From: a virus
Lineage: Duplodnaviria; Caudoviricetes
DNA length: 29,882 nucleotides
Reading direction: 5' to 3' (one strand)
IMG/VR virus record: IMGVR_UViG_3300037484_000768
Location: 1-29,882 of that record
How positions within the stretch are numbered: the first letter of the stretch is position 1; each line of letters opens with the position of its first letter. Below, in pieces: positions 15,827 through 25,465 of the stretch. The position numbers were made by a program, and so were the translations under genes. The notes below the pieces were generated by a model. The model had not been told where the DNA came from and did no database searches. It was given only the letters and a program-made list of their open reading frames with translations.

Positions 15827-18800
15827 TTAATCTGGAATGTACCAAAAACTCAAAAATCCTCTATTTATACCTGCATCATTATATGAAGCACTATCAAAAC
15901 CTCCACCAGTTGCTCTACCAATAGAAATATTTGTGCTATTTAGACCATTATGATAACCAGAAGTAACACCAACATCACCAAGCAATAAAGGATAAAGATT
16001 TGTTTGTGCATCATTAAAAATCATTACATCTACATTTCTAATTGTACTCCATTCAGTTGCTGATAAACCGTGAGCAATAGATACTGATACAGTTGTATCC
16101 ATATCCCAACCTCCAATGTTTACAGACTTAAATTCCCATCTGGTTCCAAGAGCAGTAAATGAAATTCCAGATAGAGCATCAATCCTTCCAGTTACAGTTG
16201 CAGTACCATTAACAGTTATATTTCCACCAACAGATGTATTACCAGATATTTGAACAGCTCCTTTAGCAGTAACTGTGCTCGCAAAGTTTGAAGTACCAGT
16301 TACAACAAGATTTGTTCTAACTTCTAAGTTTGGAACATATATAGTTGAATTTGCTGTACCTGTGAATGAACTTCCACCAAGAATCAAAGAGTTATTTCCA
16401 GTAACTGAATTACCAAACCCACCAATTATAGCTGAGTCAATTCCTGACACAGTATTTCCACTTCCATTTAGAATTGCACTTCTAAGTCCTGATACAGTAT
16501 TACCTGAACCACCACCAACAAATGAATTGAAAGCATTAGCTTTATTATTTGAACCTGCTGCAACGAATGCATATGTTCCATTTGTCTCATTGTTATTTCC
16601 AGCTCCAATGAATGAAAAGTTTGCATTGGCCTTATTTAAAGTACCAGATACTACAACTGAATTTATTGTAAGAGCTGTATTATAACTACCTCCAAATATT
16701 AAACAGTACTGTCCATAGGCAAGATTATTTATACCTGTAACAACTGTGGCCCCTTCAAGAACTGCATTACCAAAAACACCACCAAGAACTTGTGAATAAT
16801 TTCCTTCTGCAAGATTTCCTGTACCATTGTTTGCAATTATAGTATTTAAACCAGTTGAACCTGACCACAAACTTCCAGATGTACCACCTGAAACTGAAAT
16901 TGGAGCAAATATTGAAGATAAATTTGTTGAACCTGAATATAATGTACCTCCAGAAATTGTTGTAGCACTTAAATATTCAAGTGTTGCACCTGAAATATTA
17001 ACTGTTGGAGCATTTTCTGTTCCTCCAGTATAAGTATTTAATCCTGGCTGAACAAAAGTTTGACCAGCAGACACAGAAGTTGCAAAAATATCATATAAAT
17101 CTGTTCCTGCAGACATAATTGGTCCTGCGAAATTTACAGAAGTACCAGTTAAACCACCAGTTAATATTCCGCCAGTTAATGGAAGATAACCATCAATGGT
17201 CATACCACTTACAAAACCATCTTTAAATTTGATTCCCTCAATATAAGTACCTGAATCTGTTGAAGCAGTTATAACAAGATTTGAAGTTCCAATGATTGTT
17301 ACACCAGATACATCACCATCAATGTAATTATTATTGCCACCAATAATTGTTGCACCTGATGAAAAACCATAAATTTCATTTCCAATACCACCAATAATTG
17401 TAGCTCCTTGTGGACCTGCCTTAATTGTATTGCCAGCTCCACCAAGAATAGAAGATTTATCTGCACCAAGAATGGTATTATCATCTGAGTTAACAATAAA
17501 ACCTTTTGTTTGTGACACTTCATTTCCAGTTCCAACAACTGCTCCACCACCATCTGTATTTACATAGTTATCTCCTTTTGCATCTTGCAAAATTGTTGCA
17601 CTTCCACCCTGACTTCCTGATGTTCCTCCTCCTTGATTGTCTAAAGCAGCAATAACTTCACCTTGTGGTTTATAAATTGTGTCTCCTCTTCTTCCTCTTG
17701 GTCTATTTCTATTTCCCTCATAAACTTTAAACAACTCAACCTTTGTAATACCAGGTTTTGAAGCGTTAAAGTCTGTTATTTTGTTTACATAAAAATAACT
17801 TTTGAAGAATTCAATCCATATTTTTTTACCAAAATCAAGTTCATTGATATGTTTTTCTGTTAATTTGAAGTATCCAGTTAATAATTTTCCATTTGCAATG
17901 AAATCAATGTAGTCATCCCAGTACCTGTCATATAATGAGTTGGTATAAGTTGTCTCAAGTGGGAAATAATAATAGTCATTGATTGACCAGTTAAGGTCAT
18001 ATGTAGGATTATAAGGAGCACCTGACCCTCCAAAGTGTCCTGCATAAGCATATGCAGTCTTTGTTTGGTTAACATTAAAGTCACCCTGATAAACCCAAGG
18101 ATTTGAAGTAACCATTCCTTCATAATAAAGGATACGTGGACCACACTTAGGGGCAGCACTATCTATTGCACTTACTGGTATACCGAATCCATTGAGTTGA
18201 ATTGGTGTAGGTTCGAAAATTACCTCAACCTTTTTATCACCTTGGAGCAGCTCTGAGTCAAACACAACCTCCTTGGTGCCGTAAGAAATTCCCGTAGAAT
18301 CTTTAAAATCAGTGTTATATGGGTCTTTCCCTTCACGGTACTGGAAGAATATTCTTTTGCTTTGAAGTTCTGATAATAGAACTTGATTCCATTCTAATTC
18401 AGAACAAAATACATCAGACCAATCTGAAAAAGTGGTTGAAGAATAAAATTCCGACCTCGTTTTCAGAATAATTTCACGTTCATTCTCAGGATTTTCCTGG
18501 ATGTAGATGTTGTGCATCTGAACCACCGAAGCGAATAGGTCTTTTTGGGACACCTGACGAGGTATAAAATTATTTAGATATATGTTATCTCCATTGTTTA
18601 TATTTCCAATGTGAGGTGTATTCTTAAATCTATTTACAGCTCCAATGTTGCTGGTAAACAAGAAGGATAATGTCATTGCAACGTTATCATCATTTGTTGC
18701 TTGACCAACGTGTCCTGATGAATCCCAATAAGTTGTTGCACCAAGCAATCTGTTGTTATGTGTAAAGAACATTACATCCAAAGTCTCACCAGCACCAAGT

Positions 18801-20080
18801 TGAATTCCTTCAAATGTCTGATTGAAGTTAAATGATTTTAAATAAAAAGAACCACCTTGAACATCTGGACCTGATAAAGCAATATTTGCTCTTTGAGGCA
18901 TTGTAACAGATGTGTCATCATTAAACCACCCAACAGTATTTGCTTCAAGAAGTGCTTTGGTTGTACATAAAGCTTTATTTCTAACCAATCGTACTTGAAA
19001 TTTAACTGGTGTTCCTGCTGACATTGCTGGGTCAGCTGAATCTTCATATAACCAACCATCATCTGCACCAATATCCCACCTGAAAAGTCCTACAAACGCA
19101 ACATTGAAATCATATGTTCCAACTGCTGGTGATGTAAATCTATAAAGTGAGTTATCATAGTTACCACCAGTATCAAAATTTCCTGCATCAGACTCATTGT
19201 TATAATTTATAACACGGCCAAATGTTGAAAATGAAGGATGTGTTGGGAAATTAAATGGATAATACCAGTCAACTGTAGTTAAGTTATCTGACGTATAGTT
19301 ATTAGAATTGGCTACACGAGTTGCTGTATATAAAACATCTCCAGATACAGATGCCTGGAACATTCTATCAAGTCTATCTTCCTCAGAAATCTTTGGCACC
19401 TCTCCATTATATGGCATAACCATCTTAACAAATTGCTCATCATCAAGGATTGCACCTGTAAATGTAAACGCATTGTCTATTTGCATCTGCTCAAGGTACT
19501 TTCTAACGAAGATTGACGGTAAGAAGTCTCTGGTTTTATAGTTTACTGTTGATGGTCCATAGTACATAGGATATACATATGCATCTTGCCAAGTATTACC
19601 TGTAGTTTCCTGTGTATAAAAGTCATTTAGTACGTGATTATATTGACTGAAATCAAAATCAGTAAGCTGTTTGCTGCCAAGTTCTGAATATAGATTTACT
19701 CGGTCATCAAAGATAACACAGTCATAACTATTAACTTGCTCAGCATCATTTAAAGTTTCACTCTTGGTATTAATTCTTTTAAGCTGCAAATAACCCTTAA
19801 ATACTTTTACACCATTTGTATAGACAATAACACTTTGTTTCTTATTAACATTAAATGTCCAATCACTTGAATTAATAGCATATATTTGTCCAAATAAAAT
19901 GTTTGCTTCCTTGCTACCAGGGATTTTTACAGGTTTAGAAAATGACCCAGAACGATTTCCAGGGTTTTTGAAATCCTCAAGTGAGAAATTTAACAATAAA
20001 GGAATAGATTCATCAAGTGGGATATACCCAGAAGATGTTCCACCTGTACTTATGAATGATATATATGATGTTAATTCCAT
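15827..20080 (-). CDS. Large tail tip / hub protein fused to a fibre or spike with G-G-x-x-N beta-solenoid repeats
   Basis: 1417 aa. The N-terminal GSFSKPVKIPGSKEAN motif is typical of Bacteroidota siphophage tail-tip proteins. The C-terminal part carries IIGGxxN/SGNT repeats. Confidence 0.75.
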   Translation of the reverse strand: MELTSYISFISTGGTSSGYIPLDESIPLLLNFSLEDFKNPGNRSGSFSKPVKIPGSKEANILFGQIYAINSSDWTFNVNKKQSVIVYTNGVKVFKGYLQLKRINTKSETLNDAEQVNSYDCVIFDDRVNLYSELGSKQLTDFDFSQYNHVLNDFYTQETTGNTWQDAYVYPMYYGPSTVNYKTRDFLPSIFVRKYLEQMQIDNAFTFTGAILDDEQFVKMVMPYNGEVPKISEEDRLDRMFQASVSGDVLYTATRVANSNNYTSDNLTTVDWYYPFNFPTHPSFSTFGRVINYNNESDAGNFDTGGNYDNSLYRFTSPAVGTYDFNVAFVGLFRWDIGADDGWLYEDSADPAMSAGTPVKFQVRLVRNKALCTTKALLEANTVGWFNDDTSVTMPQRANIALSGPDVQGGSFYLKSFNFNQTFEGIQLGAGETLDVMFFTHNNRLLGATTYWDSSGHVGQATNDDNVAMTLSFLFTSNIGAVNRFKNTPHIGNINNGDNIYLNNFIPRQVSQKDLFASVVQMHNIYIQENPENEREIILKTRSEFYSSTTFSDWSDVFCSELEWNQVLLSELQSKRIFFQYREGKDPYNTDFKDSTGISYGTKEVVFDSELLQGDKKVEVIFEPTPIQLNGFGIPVSAIDSAAPKCGPRILYYEGMVTSNPWVYQGDFNVNQTKTAYAYAGHFGGSGAPYNPTYDLNWSINDYYYFPLETTYTNSLYDRYWDDYIDFIANGKLLTGYFKLTEKHINELDFGKKIWIEFFKSYFYVNKITDFNASKPGITKVELFKVYEGNRNRPRGRRGDTIYKPQGEVIAALDNQGGGTSGSQGGSATILQDAKGDNYVNTDGGGAVVGTGNEVSQTKGFIVNSDDNTILGADKSSILGGAGNTIKAGPQGATIIGGIGNEIYGFSSGATIIGGNNNYIDGDVSGVTIIGTSNLVITASTDSGTYIEGIKFKDGFVSGMTIDGYLPLTGGILTGGLTGTSVNFAGPIMSAGTDLYDIFATSVSAGQTFVQPGLNTYTGGTENAPTVNISGATLEYLSATTISGGTLYSGSTNLSSIFAPISVSGGTSGSLWSGSTGLNTIIANNGTGNLAEGNYSQVLGGVFGNAVLEGATVVTGINNLAYGQYCLIFGGSYNTALTINSVVVSGTLNKANANFSFIGAGNNNETNGTYAFVAAGSNNKANAFNSFVGGGSGNTVSGLRSAILNGSGNTVSGIDSAIIGGFGNSVTGNNSLILGGSSFTGTANSTIYVPNLEVRTNLVVTGTSNFASTVTAKGAVQISGNTSVGGNITVNGTATVTGRIDALSGISFTALGTRWEFKSVNIGGWDMDTTVSVSIAHGLSATEWSTIRNVDVMIFNDAQTNLYPLLLGDVGVTSGYHNGLNSTNISIGRATGGGFDSASYNDAGINRGFLSFWYIPD

Positions 20081-20082
20081 TT

Positions 20083-21537
20083 TTATACGTTTATTGCATT
20101 TCTATATGCCAATTCAAACTCAATTGATACATTAAATAATTTATCTATTCGCTTGCTTGGCACCTTGTAAAATTTATTCTTAATAATTATAGGTTTAAAT
20201 ATACCTCCATCATTCCAATATACTTCTGGGGATGAGAATAACTGTCTTAAATAATTAGCATCATTCTCAGATACATAATTAGATGTAGCAAAATTCTTTG
20301 TTGTTACATCCACATTATAAATTGTTCTGCCCCTTTCATATGAATTATATCCATATGTTGAACCATTAAATTCTCCTATAGGTCTCTTATATTCTTCTTT
20401 TGAAATATCATCTGATTCTCCCCTACCAAGTTGAAACTCTTTTGAAATGAAAGCTCCTTTTCTATCTAAAAAACAAATAGAAATGTTGTTATCATACCTG
20501 CTGCATCTATGGTCAAGTTTAAATTCTCTATGTTCTGTCAAGTCATTTAATGAAACATCTTCAATCCATACCTTATATGAGAATACATTATCCTGCATAA
20601 TTGGCATTGTAGATGAACCTGAGGCAATGAAAGCTGTATTTGTTATGTTCCACGGTCCTACACCTACCTTATAATAATTTTGTGCAGCTGATACCATTGA
20701 TGCTGCATTTATTGTATAGTATCCTAATTGATTTCCACCATTATCAAGCGTCTGAACCACGAGTTGTCTTATAGTTACTGCACTTGAAATAAAGAAATTA
20801 ATCCAGGCTCTTGAGTCTTCACTCATTTCATATTGTGCTGGTGCATCACAAAAGAATGTTGCTGTACCTGCAGTTAAATTATAGTCATCAACTGTATAAT
20901 CCAACCAATCAAGGTGACCAAATGCTGCATTATTTACTGTTAAACCTGATACAGTTGTAAGTCCAGTGAACTTTGTTGTTCTTGAATCAGCAAATGTTAT
21001 TACACCAGGGTCAGCAGTTGAAGCTGTAAATGTTACATCAACAACAATTGAGTTTGAATCAGGAACCACAATGACTGTATGAACACCATTGTATTGTTCC
21101 CATTGATAACCTGGGTCTTGGTCAACAAATACTCTATCACCTACTGAGAATGAATGTGTATTTGTGGCTGATGTGAATCCTAATTTTTGTCCTGTATAGA
21201 AATAGTTGTCATCGAAATCCCATTCGTGTACATATTCTTCCCCTATCTGAACATAATATCCTACCCTGCTTGGCACACTTGAAGTAATTCCAGTTGATGA
21301 TGGCACCAAATCGTATGACAAATAATCTTTAAGTCTTGATTGTATATTAGATTTGCAATATCCATCTGGTCCAACTTGTGCTTTTTCTCTAAATAGTCTT
21401 GTGAGTGTATTGGCAGAATACACATCATATAATACCTGAAACTTCTGCTTAGTTTGATTGGTTGAAGTAACAGATAACCCAACTGGATTGAATGTTGGTG
21501 TTAATATTTGGGGTAAATAAAATGTTGTAATTGCCAT
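20083..21537 (-). CDS. Tail protein (distal tail/baseplate-like)
   Basis: 484 aa; C-terminal FLDRKG...SNYVSE...LFSSPEVY pattern; precedes the tail-tip gene. Confidence 0.65.
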   Translation of the reverse strand: MAITTFYLPQILTPTFNPVGLSVTSTNQTKQKFQVLYDVYSANTLTRLFREKAQVGPDGYCKSNIQSRLKDYLSYDLVPSSTGITSSVPSRVGYYVQIGEEYVHEWDFDDNYFYTGQKLGFTSATNTHSFSVGDRVFVDQDPGYQWEQYNGVHTVIVVPDSNSIVVDVTFTASTADPGVITFADSRTTKFTGLTTVSGLTVNNAAFGHLDWLDYTVDDYNLTAGTATFFCDAPAQYEMSEDSRAWINFFISSAVTIRQLVVQTLDNGGNQLGYYTINAASMVSAAQNYYKVGVGPWNITNTAFIASGSSTMPIMQDNVFSYKVWIEDVSLNDLTEHREFKLDHRCSRYDNNISICFLDRKGAFISKEFQLGRGESDDISKEEYKRPIGEFNGSTYGYNSYERGRTIYNVDVTTKNFATSNYVSENDANYLRQLFSSPEVYWNDGGIFKPIIIKNKFYKVPSKRIDKLFNVSIEFELAYRNAINV

Positions 21538-21541
21538 TATG

Positions 21542-21814
21542 TTATTTATTAATTTCTTTTTGTAGTTGTTTTGCTATTTCATCCTCAATAAACTGAGTCA
21601 ATTCATCAGATTCAAGTGCATAATTGCTTATGTTATACTTTGCATCAAGTGCTGTGTAATAATCTTCAGCAGTTACCTCAAATGAACCCACACCATTTGT
21701 TGATACAGATATTGAATCAAGCAAAGTTCCTGTCTTAACAAGTCCAAGGTCCTTAATTCTTTTCTTAATTAACTCCTCAATTTTCTTTGATATGGGTTTG
21801 AAATCTAATTCCAT
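21542..21814 (-). CDS. Putative neck/tail completion protein (HK97 gp10-like)
   Basis: VKTGTLLDSI resembles the (D/R)TGxLxxSI motif. Confidence 0.55.
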   Translation of the reverse strand: MELDFKPISKKIEELIKKRIKDLGLVKTGTLLDSISVSTNGVGSFEVTAEDYYTALDAKYNISNYALESDELTQFIEDEIAKQLQKEINK

Positions 21815-21819
21815 TATAG

Positions 21820-21851
21820 ATAAATAGTTAAAAAAATTAATTGTTGATAGA
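21820..21851 (-). promoter_or_regulatory. Putative phage promoter AACAAT-N12-CTATTTAT; near-identical to 25405-25436
   Basis: ATAAATAGTTAAAAAAATTAATTGTTGATAGA on the plus strand. Confidence 0.7.
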
Positions 21852-21855
21852 TTTC

Positions 21856-23193
21856 TTAAAAATGATTCCTAACAGCAAGTCCAGCAATTGCAGCATTAGC
21901 TGCTGTTTGAAATGCTTGAATTCTAATTGAATTATAAACTGATGTTAGTCTAAATATTGTTGCATTTGCAGCTGATGTTGAATTTAAGCACCAGAAAATT
22001 GCAGCAGTCCAACCCTCAATTGGATTAAGAACTGTATATGTATCACCAGTTGTTATCTGTTGAACCTCTCTTATTGTTGGCATTCTCCAATTATCATAGC
22101 CAGCATAAGATGTTGTACGTATAGATTCTGAAGCTGCACTCCAAGCATTATTCACAGCAACAGCATTCAGTAAATACCAGCCCAATCCTGAATAATGGTC
22201 AATAGCATAATTTACACTTGAACCATCACTTCCATCATAAACAGTACCACCTAAATCATTTGTTATTCTATAATTGTTACCAAATGCATTTTTTGTAAAT
22301 AATAGAGTAGAATCATCCTTATTAAGGACAGGTTTATTGCCAACAAATTCATACTCAAATTCATTAGTATTGGCAAGATACCATCCAAGGTCATAATCTC
22401 TAAAGTTTGCAACTTCAATATTTGCATTGGTATCACGTACATAACTTATTAAATGTGTACTATTATTTTGTAAAACAAATTCATCTCTTCTATAATGCAA
22501 CCTCATAAAACTTCTGTTCGCACCTGTTGTTGTTTTTGTTGCTGAATCAAATGCTGTACCTGTATTTGCACGATAAGCAGTTAAAACATTATTCAAATTT
22601 GTGTTACAAGTCCAATGTGTTGCTTGGTCATATTGGAATGGTGGTCGAGTTGCTGGAAATGCCCATTGTGTTACATTAGACCTAACCAATGTAGTATAAT
22701 AACTTGCAGGTGCATTGACCCAATCAGTATATGTAAATACAGTTAAGGTTGGAACAGCAGACATAGCAGATTGCCAGGTTGATGCTCCACCTCTTTGTGA
22801 CCTCCAACCTAAACCAGTTAAGTGGTCAATGATGTATCCATCTGGTGCAGTTCCTCCAACTGGGTCTGCAAATTCTGTTTGAAAATCTGATGATGTTCCT
22901 GCACTTGTTTTATAAGTAGAATCATTGAAATCATAATATCCACCCAACAATCCTGTAAATCTGAACTTATGACCAAACGCATTATCATATTTTAAGTAAT
23001 CAGCTGAAACTGAATGGTCAACAACTTGATAAATTCCATCAGTTGGATAATACATAGGGTCCCAATTTTGGTCAAATAACCAAGGTTCATCATAATCAAC
23101 TTCAGTTGCTCCTGACAAAACTTGTGGTCTGTCATAGTATATCTTCTTTGTTGGGTCTATTCCACCAGCTTTAATATAGTGTCCATTTATCAT
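21856..23193 (-). CDS. Tandem DUF1566 (Lcl C-terminal, C-type lectin-like) protein; candidate receptor-binding protein
   Basis: Two repeats with NAFG...RFT/RIT, IDHLTGLGW / IDHYSGLGW and YTDW / GYDNWRMPTIRE. Confidence 0.75.
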   Translation of the reverse strand: MINGHYIKAGGIDPTKKIYYDRPQVLSGATEVDYDEPWLFDQNWDPMYYPTDGIYQVVDHSVSADYLKYDNAFGHKFRFTGLLGGYYDFNDSTYKTSAGTSSDFQTEFADPVGGTAPDGYIIDHLTGLGWRSQRGGASTWQSAMSAVPTLTVFTYTDWVNAPASYYTTLVRSNVTQWAFPATRPPFQYDQATHWTCNTNLNNVLTAYRANTGTAFDSATKTTTGANRSFMRLHYRRDEFVLQNNSTHLISYVRDTNANIEVANFRDYDLGWYLANTNEFEYEFVGNKPVLNKDDSTLLFTKNAFGNNYRITNDLGGTVYDGSDGSSVNYAIDHYSGLGWYLLNAVAVNNAWSAASESIRTTSYAGYDNWRMPTIREVQQITTGDTYTVLNPIEGWTAAIFWCLNSTSAANATIFRLTSVYNSIRIQAFQTAANAAIAGLAVRNHF

Positions 23194-24479
23194 AATCTTA
23201 CAGAATTTAATGTTATCACACTTGCTGTTGATGCAGATACTGTAATCTTGCTTCCTGATGCAATTGTTGCACCAAATGAATAGGCAACATCATCATCAAA
23301 TAGTGTAATTGATGGTGAGTTTAATATGTTTGTAACTGAATCTATTTGAAGAGAATATGGTGCAAAAAAGTCTACAACCTGCAAATCCATAAGTTCAATT
23401 GTCCAAGGGTCATTATATGCCCAAATTGTTGTTGCAGACAATGTTGTTGCAGAAAGTAAGTCCAATCTTGTGTCTCCACTTAAATAAGTTTCCCATCCAG
23501 TTCCAGCAAGCTGTGAACCATTCGTAATTTGACCAGAAGAATTTATAAGTAATCTTTGAAAACCTCCTGTGTGAATAGAAATAATATCAGGTCCATCAAA
23601 CATTATCCCAGTATTTGTATCTGAATCAGCATAAATCTGTGGGTTGGTTGGATTGAAAGTGTTTACTTTGAATGTTCCAGAAGTTGTTATACCTGTTACT
23701 GTTACATTTGTTGTGAAATTTGTATCTCCAGTTACTGTTCCACCACTTAAATTTAAGTAAGCTCCTGTTGCAGTTATTCCACTTGTTAACCCTGATAATT
23801 GAACCTCATAAGCATCAAGTGTATCTGTTCTATCAAACACAATTGAAGTTCCAACCAAAGTTCCCCCTGTTGTATAAAAGTTATCTGTTGATAAACCTGA
23901 TATTGCATCAGCAATCTCTGAATCAACATAAGCAATCGTTGCAAAAGTTGTGCTCTGTGAATATCCTGTGCTTATTGGGCCATTAGCTGAGAACCCAGCA
24001 ATGTCTTCAAATGGAAGTCCACACCAGCTGTTGTCATTTGTTAATTGAAAATGAAGGGTAACCCCCACTCCTGTATTGTTATCATCTGAAATACGATAAT
24101 ATTTCTCAAAATTAATATCGTTTAATATCGTTATTCTTGAACGTTGATAGTAGGGGTGACTCGTTAACTCATTAATTACATCCTGCATCAGGCGAATCAT
24201 ATCAGAACGTGTGTCAACTCTATTATCTTCAGCTGGCATTAGCTGGTCAAGCATCTGTAGATTAACGGCCAGGATGATTGAGGGGTACTCAGCATAATCA
24301 TTCCTTGGCATTGAACTTTCATCAGGTACAATATTTACTTTAAGGGCTGGATATGTTATAGAACCATCCTCACCAAAGTCTGATGATTCCCCCTCCTTAA
24401 ATGTGTGAATATCTGGGTGCCTTCTTTGAATATCTTCAAGAAGAATTATCAATTGTTTATATGAACGTACTTGTGCCAT
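23190..24479 (-). CDS. Virion protein: tail-terminator-like N-terminal domain plus Thr/Gly-rich fibre-like extension
   Basis: The first ~155 aa (YPAL...SDMIRLMQDV...TGVGVTL...C) look like a tail completion domain; the rest contains YLNLSGGTVTG and SATT repeats. Confidence 0.55.
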   Translation of the reverse strand: MAQVRSYKQLIILLEDIQRRHPDIHTFKEGESSDFGEDGSITYPALKVNIVPDESSMPRNDYAEYPSIILAVNLQMLDQLMPAEDNRVDTRSDMIRLMQDVINELTSHPYYQRSRITILNDINFEKYYRISDDNNTGVGVTLHFQLTNDNSWCGLPFEDIAGFSANGPISTGYSQSTTFATIAYVDSEIADAISGLSTDNFYTTGGTLVGTSIVFDRTDTLDAYEVQLSGLTSGITATGAYLNLSGGTVTGDTNFTTNVTVTGITTSGTFKVNTFNPTNPQIYADSDTNTGIMFDGPDIISIHTGGFQRLLINSSGQITNGSQLAGTGWETYLSGDTRLDLLSATTLSATTIWAYNDPWTIELMDLQVVDFFAPYSLQIDSVTNILNSPSITLFDDDVAYSFGATIASGSKITVSASTASVITLNSVRL

Positions 24480-24482
24480 TGT

Positions 24483-24689
24483 TTATCTATTGTTATTTTG
24501 TTTCTGTCTTCTCTCAATTTCCTTCTCTTTTAAATCATCAAAGCAAAGCTTCTGAAGCATAAACTCAAAGTTTAAATCCAGAACTTCCTCAAACTTAAGG
24601 GGGTCACCACCTGCCAATTTGTCAATTATACCAAACCAGTTCCACCTGCTGAATCCATTCTTTCTCTCATCTTCGAGAGCTTTCATCAT
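24483..24689 (-). CDS. Tail assembly chaperone, frameshift-extension part
   Basis: Lies in the -1 frame of the upstream ORF, and that frame is open back to the T9 slippery run at 24798-24806. Confidence 0.7.
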   Translation of the reverse strand: MMKALEDERKNGFSRWNWFGIIDKLAGGDPLKFEEVLDLNFEFMLQKLCFDDLKEKEIERRQKQNNNR

Positions 24690-25360
24690 TTCTTCCCTTT
24701 CTTCTTTGGAGAGTTTTGCAAGCTCTTCTTCGGAGAGTTCGTTGTTGTTATTGAAAACGTTCGGGTATTTGATGTAGTACTGGTGGTTGCGGTATTCAAA
24801 AAAAAACTAATATGTCCAAACACATCAATCACTGGAACCTTGCTTGTTAAGTTGTGCAGAGCGTGTTTAAAGTCATTCTTATCAAATTTCTTCAATGTCC
24901 CATCTTCATTCTTTCTTCTGGCAAGCATAGCAAATGTTAATTCCATTGGGTCATATACCTGCTTATCTTCAGCAAGCTCAAGCTCAAGTGTAACTCTCTC
25001 TGCACCCTTAAGTCCAACGAACTCAGATACAACCCCCCATTTTGAACCATTCTCTTCTACAATCTCTATTTCCTCAATCTTCTTTTTGGTGCAATACTTT
25101 TTAACATTATCTGTTATAAATGTAACGTGCTGTGCAATCTGTTCTGTTTCTGTTTCATATAACTCATTGAACATTGCATCAAAGAATACTGTTGTATCCC
25201 CCTCAATAAGAAGCGCTGCTATTGTTTCCAACCCCCTAATATAAGTGGATGTCATTGGTATCTTATTAACCTTTAAGATGTCAGCATAGTTCTTTAAACT
25301 AACTTCTCTCCAGGTGCTGGCAACATCATAACTGTTTGTTCCAATATTAACTGTAATCAT
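24686..25360 (-). CDS. Tail assembly chaperone (G-like), -1 frameshift donor
   Basis: TWREVSLKNY N-terminal motif; SFFL is encoded by AGT TTT TTT TTG and followed by a low-complexity tail. Confidence 0.7.
   Translation of the reverse strand: MITVNIGTNSYDVASTWREVSLKNYADILKVNKIPMTSTYIRGLETIAALLIEGDTTVFFDAMFNELYETETEQIAQHVTFITDNVKKYCTKKKIEEIEIVEENGSKWGVVSEFVGLKGAERVTLELELAEDKQVYDPMELTFAMLARRKNEDGTLKKFDKNDFKHALHNLTSKVPVIDVFGHISFFLNTATTSTTSNTRTFSITTTNSPKKSLQNSPKKKGKK
24798..24806 (-). other. Programmed -1 ribosomal frameshift slippery site (T TTT TTT)
   Basis: Nine consecutive T on the coding strand; the -1 frame reads FEYRNHQYYIKYPNVFNNNNELSEEELAKLSKEEREEMMKALED... without a stop. Confidence 0.75.
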
Positions 25361-25404
25361 ATTTTATAAATTTAGAATTGTTAAGAAGCTTCTTGCTTCT
25401 TTTC

Positions 25405-25436
25405 ATAAATAGTTAAAAATTTTAATTGTTGATAGA
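25405..25436 (-). promoter_or_regulatory. Putative phage promoter AACAAT-N12-CTATTTAT
   Basis: ATAAATAGTTAAAAATTTTAATTGTTGATAGA on the plus strand, 30/32 identical to 21820-21851. Confidence 0.7.
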
Positions 25437-25465
25437 ATTGTTAAAAATAATTTTAATAAGGGGAT

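Noticed and set aside
16275-17033. Plus-strand ORFs opposite structural genes (also 812, 6383, 8354, 15441, 24783, 25581 and others)
   Set aside because: They are antisense shadows of well-supported minus-strand genes or of the tmRNA-like element, with no recognisable motifs.
17433-17444. CCAGCTCCACCA on the plus strand, resembling the missing tmRNA/tRNA-Ala 3' acceptor end
   Set aside because: It is the antisense of Gly-Gly-Ala-Gly codons inside the tail gene and has no preceding T-arm.
21856-21960. DGR variable region
   Set aside because: No template repeat, reverse transcriptase or AAY-derived codon pattern is visible.
21820-25436. 32-bp repeat pair as att sites or CRISPR repeats
   Set aside because: Only two copies, both upstream of genes and matching the promoter consensus; no integrase or cas genes.
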